Shown here: piece by piece, positions 62,001 to 62,168 of the stretch | How the letters are laid out: every line of letters starts with the position of its first letter | How positions within the stretch are numbered: the first letter of the stretch is position 1 | DNA from: a virus | Taxonomy: Duplodnaviria; Caudoviricetes | Reading direction: 5' to 3' (one strand) | Virus record (IMG/VR): IMGVR_UViG_3300018432_000570 | Coordinates: 1-62,168 of that record | DNA: 62,168 nucleotides | The notes under the pieces: generated by a model | Told to the model about the DNA's origin: nothing | Seen by the model: only the letters and a program-made list of their open reading frames with translations | Databases searched by the model: none | Translations under genes and position numbers: made by a program

Positions 62001-62168
62001 GTGGCCGGATTCCTCGAAGCTCTTCATGAGCAGCAGCGCCTCGGTAGGGTCGGCGGAACGCGCGCCCGGGCCCGTCCGCTTGCTCGTGGGCGAATCGGTG
62101 CCCGCCCCGGGTCCGCCACGCGATGTCGGCGGCTTTTTGCCGAAACCCCAAATATAAGCTTGTGTCAT
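59082..62168 (-). CDS. PAS-GGDEF-EAL-PilZ protein with C-terminal degenerate tyrosine-recombinase domain
   Basis: RLGGDEF; EALMRW, ELEITE, DDFGTGYSS, EGIE; NLSESG; then PTFREV..YL, LRNHILPRFG, LTGARPGEIL..RW, DDLR. Confidence 0.9.
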   Translation of the reverse strand: MTQAYIWGFGKKPPTSRGGPGAGTDSPTSKRTGPGARSADPTEALLLMKSFEESGHGWFWSIDPDGQLTYISDNIAQALSDDDTPLVGTRFAEVFAQADDDLTGRRTLPFLLARQSAFEKVTVRAAKARDPRCWSVSGCPQFDQTGRFTGYRGSAVDVTEQRKSSEHASQLAKYDSLTGLPNRRRMSEILDNSLLETAHRDKPCAVMLIDLDRFKQVNDTLGHPAGDALLKQVAERLTRIVGDREKVFRLGGDEFQIILPNCEDRGIIGDMAADIIAVLSQPYWVEGSRCIVGASIGVAVAPVDGASRDELIRNADLALYASKSGGRGRFRFFSSDLLRVAEDKRALEEDLRDALSRGEISLAYQPIVSAANNSITGVEALMRWDHPGRGPISPALFIPIAEEAGLIGPLGEWALRKACEDAAGWPVKLRVAVNVSPIQFMEESLPLIVQSALDTSGLSPDRLELEITEGVFVGESPSTDSMFTTLKEIGVRLALDDFGTGYSSLGYLRTAPFDKIKIDQTFVRAATLPGSRNGAIIAAIVALAEALGMETTAEGIEYMDQLQLIRSLRVSHIQGWVYSKALSCDELSRRLDAGDWVIEPAGPARQRSNRQAMYRKVGIIHGHRYRTAIMRNLSESGALIEGASEAPLGTLIVVDFGDGQLAFARVSRAAGRQHGIAFEQELVDDGDGGLCTSHRVSPYVLGTLGLPNPGDPDKDVGDGENPAPLEELATKLGLTLAPRSREPAVPIHMQLSAGLAGSDVPTFREVSERYLESVRGDEQSREGAKRDLRNHILPRFGQLRLDQVSETDIVTWLAAKGEAEGLPPGTDSRLHSLLSRMWALAVELKLPGADSNPLEGSFRFDRRGQGDILLTAAEAERLLEAARNGYNRQLRFILSLLMLTGARPGEILNARWDQLDLAVGVWRLDMPGGEKIRELRLTVAALTLLAELPRWPGCAWLVPNPATKRPYRSVVRSWEAARSAAGLAYLDLDDLRYCDLGSIVWEERLLDIARDVAAHSGGDPPQELTRAA

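Overview
High-GC alphaproteobacterial DNA (sphingomonad-like, inferred from gene content) carrying a complete-looking ~45.8 kb temperate prophage (13178-58940). The prophage is integrated in the 3' half of a tRNA-Val(GAC) gene (54-bp att repeat, 1 mismatch). Left host flank: a >3750-aa RTX protein (missing from the ORF track because it runs off the window) with an N-terminal GHSLG hydrolase motif and an FrpC-type Asp-Pro self-processing module, a translationally coupled partner gene, and a divergent HlyC/RtxC-like acyltransferase. Right host flank: a PAS-GGDEF-EAL-PilZ protein fused in frame to a degenerate tyrosine-integrase domain. The phage combines a lambdoid cI/cro switch and tRNA-targeting integrase with Mu-like head genes and a Mor-like activator, a PBSX-type terminase, a siphovirus-type tail and a GH19 lysin. 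Most notable observations: (1) a structured late-leader RNA with a 14-nt segment perfectly complementary to sites in front of the tape-measure gene and the lysis cluster; (2) the c-di-GMP enzyme/integrase fusion; (3) four copies of a covarying multi-hairpin element in the early region; (4) an HslV/proteasome-like protease gene coupled between portal and gpF; (5) a C5 methyltransferase split across two overlapping frames; (6) three alphaproteobacterial LexA boxes alongside a repressor lacking an autocleavage domain. All family calls come from motifs recognised by eye; no database search was run.
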